Source: Squalus acanthias
Taxonomy: Eukaryota
NCBI GenBank assembly: GCA_030390025.1
Contig: CM059432.1
Coordinates: forward strand, 104,782,001-104,842,000
Length of the DNA stretch: 60,000 nt
Reading direction: 5' to 3'
Part shown: piece by piece, positions 59,590 through 60,000 of the stretch
Numbering within the stretch: position 1 is the stretch's first letter
Layout: each line of letters begins with the position of its first letter
The notes under the pieces: model-generated
What the model saw: the letters and a program-made list of their open reading frames with translations, nothing else
Database searches by the model: none
What the model was told of the DNA's origin: nothing
Position numbers and translations under genes: made by a program

Positions 59590-59810
59590 GATTACAATTG
59601 GGCCTTAGTGCCCCTGATTAGGGATAGAAAAATACATCCAGGATTCCTGGTAATTCCTATTTAGTGACCCTCCCAGTGAAAAGTGTGCATGTCGATGCAA
59701 GTGGGAACAGGACTGGGCTCAGCTATGATAGCTTCGCATGATTGAAAATCTTGCTGACACTCACTGATTTAACTCACAGCTTAAATCTACACCTTTAGGA
59801 GAGGAGTGGT
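59590..59810 (+). mobile_element. Ancient SINE-like repeat (copy 6)
   Basis: TACAATTGGGCCTTAGTGCCCCTG…ACAGGACTGGGCTC…GACACTCACTG…TTTAGGAGAGGAG. Confidence 0.5.
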
Positions 59811-60000
59811 GACAACGGGAAAAAGATACAAGCACAACACTGGTCTCCATTTTTCCAGATGTAAATGTTTCTTGATAATCCATGCACCCACTGCTTTCAG
59901 AGCATCAGAAAACATTTAATCTGTTGCCACTAAAAGTGACTCAGCTTTCCTCTCTTTATCCCTATGCAAGTGGAACTCTCCTTAAAAGCTGAAATAGCTG

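Noticed and set aside
53753..60000. EXT1 exon 8
   Set aside because: No matching coding sequence seen; it presumably lies beyond the window.

Overview
Vertebrate genomic DNA, most likely from a cartilaginous fish (inferred from a Deu-domain SacSINE1/AmnSINE1-type SINE, abundant CR1/L2/Penelope-like elements and Harbinger elements). The only host gene is EXT1 (exostosin-1), on the minus strand. Its last three coding exons are 53592-53752, 42093-42264 and 31843-32028, with canonical GT-AG junctions, followed by a ~3.1 kb repeat-free putative 3' UTR. Most of the rest is layered, nested transposable elements. Highlights: (1) a complete TA-flanked Tigger/pogo transposon (1741-4163) with an uninterrupted DD32D transposase that closely resembles the mammalian domesticated gene JRK; (2) a composite Harbinger (9564-14935) with two convergent Myb/SANT genes around one dead transposase; (3) Penelope-like elements carrying minimal hammerhead ribozyme motifs, one with inverted pLTRs and a 16-bp TSD; (4) a 5'-inverted RTE LINE with an 11-bp TSD; (5) a Harbinger MITE family with conserved hairpins and stacked splice-donor motifs; (6) a full-length CR1 in EXT1 intron 10. 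Family names come from motif recognition and memory, not database searches. Boundaries of degenerate repeats are approximate.
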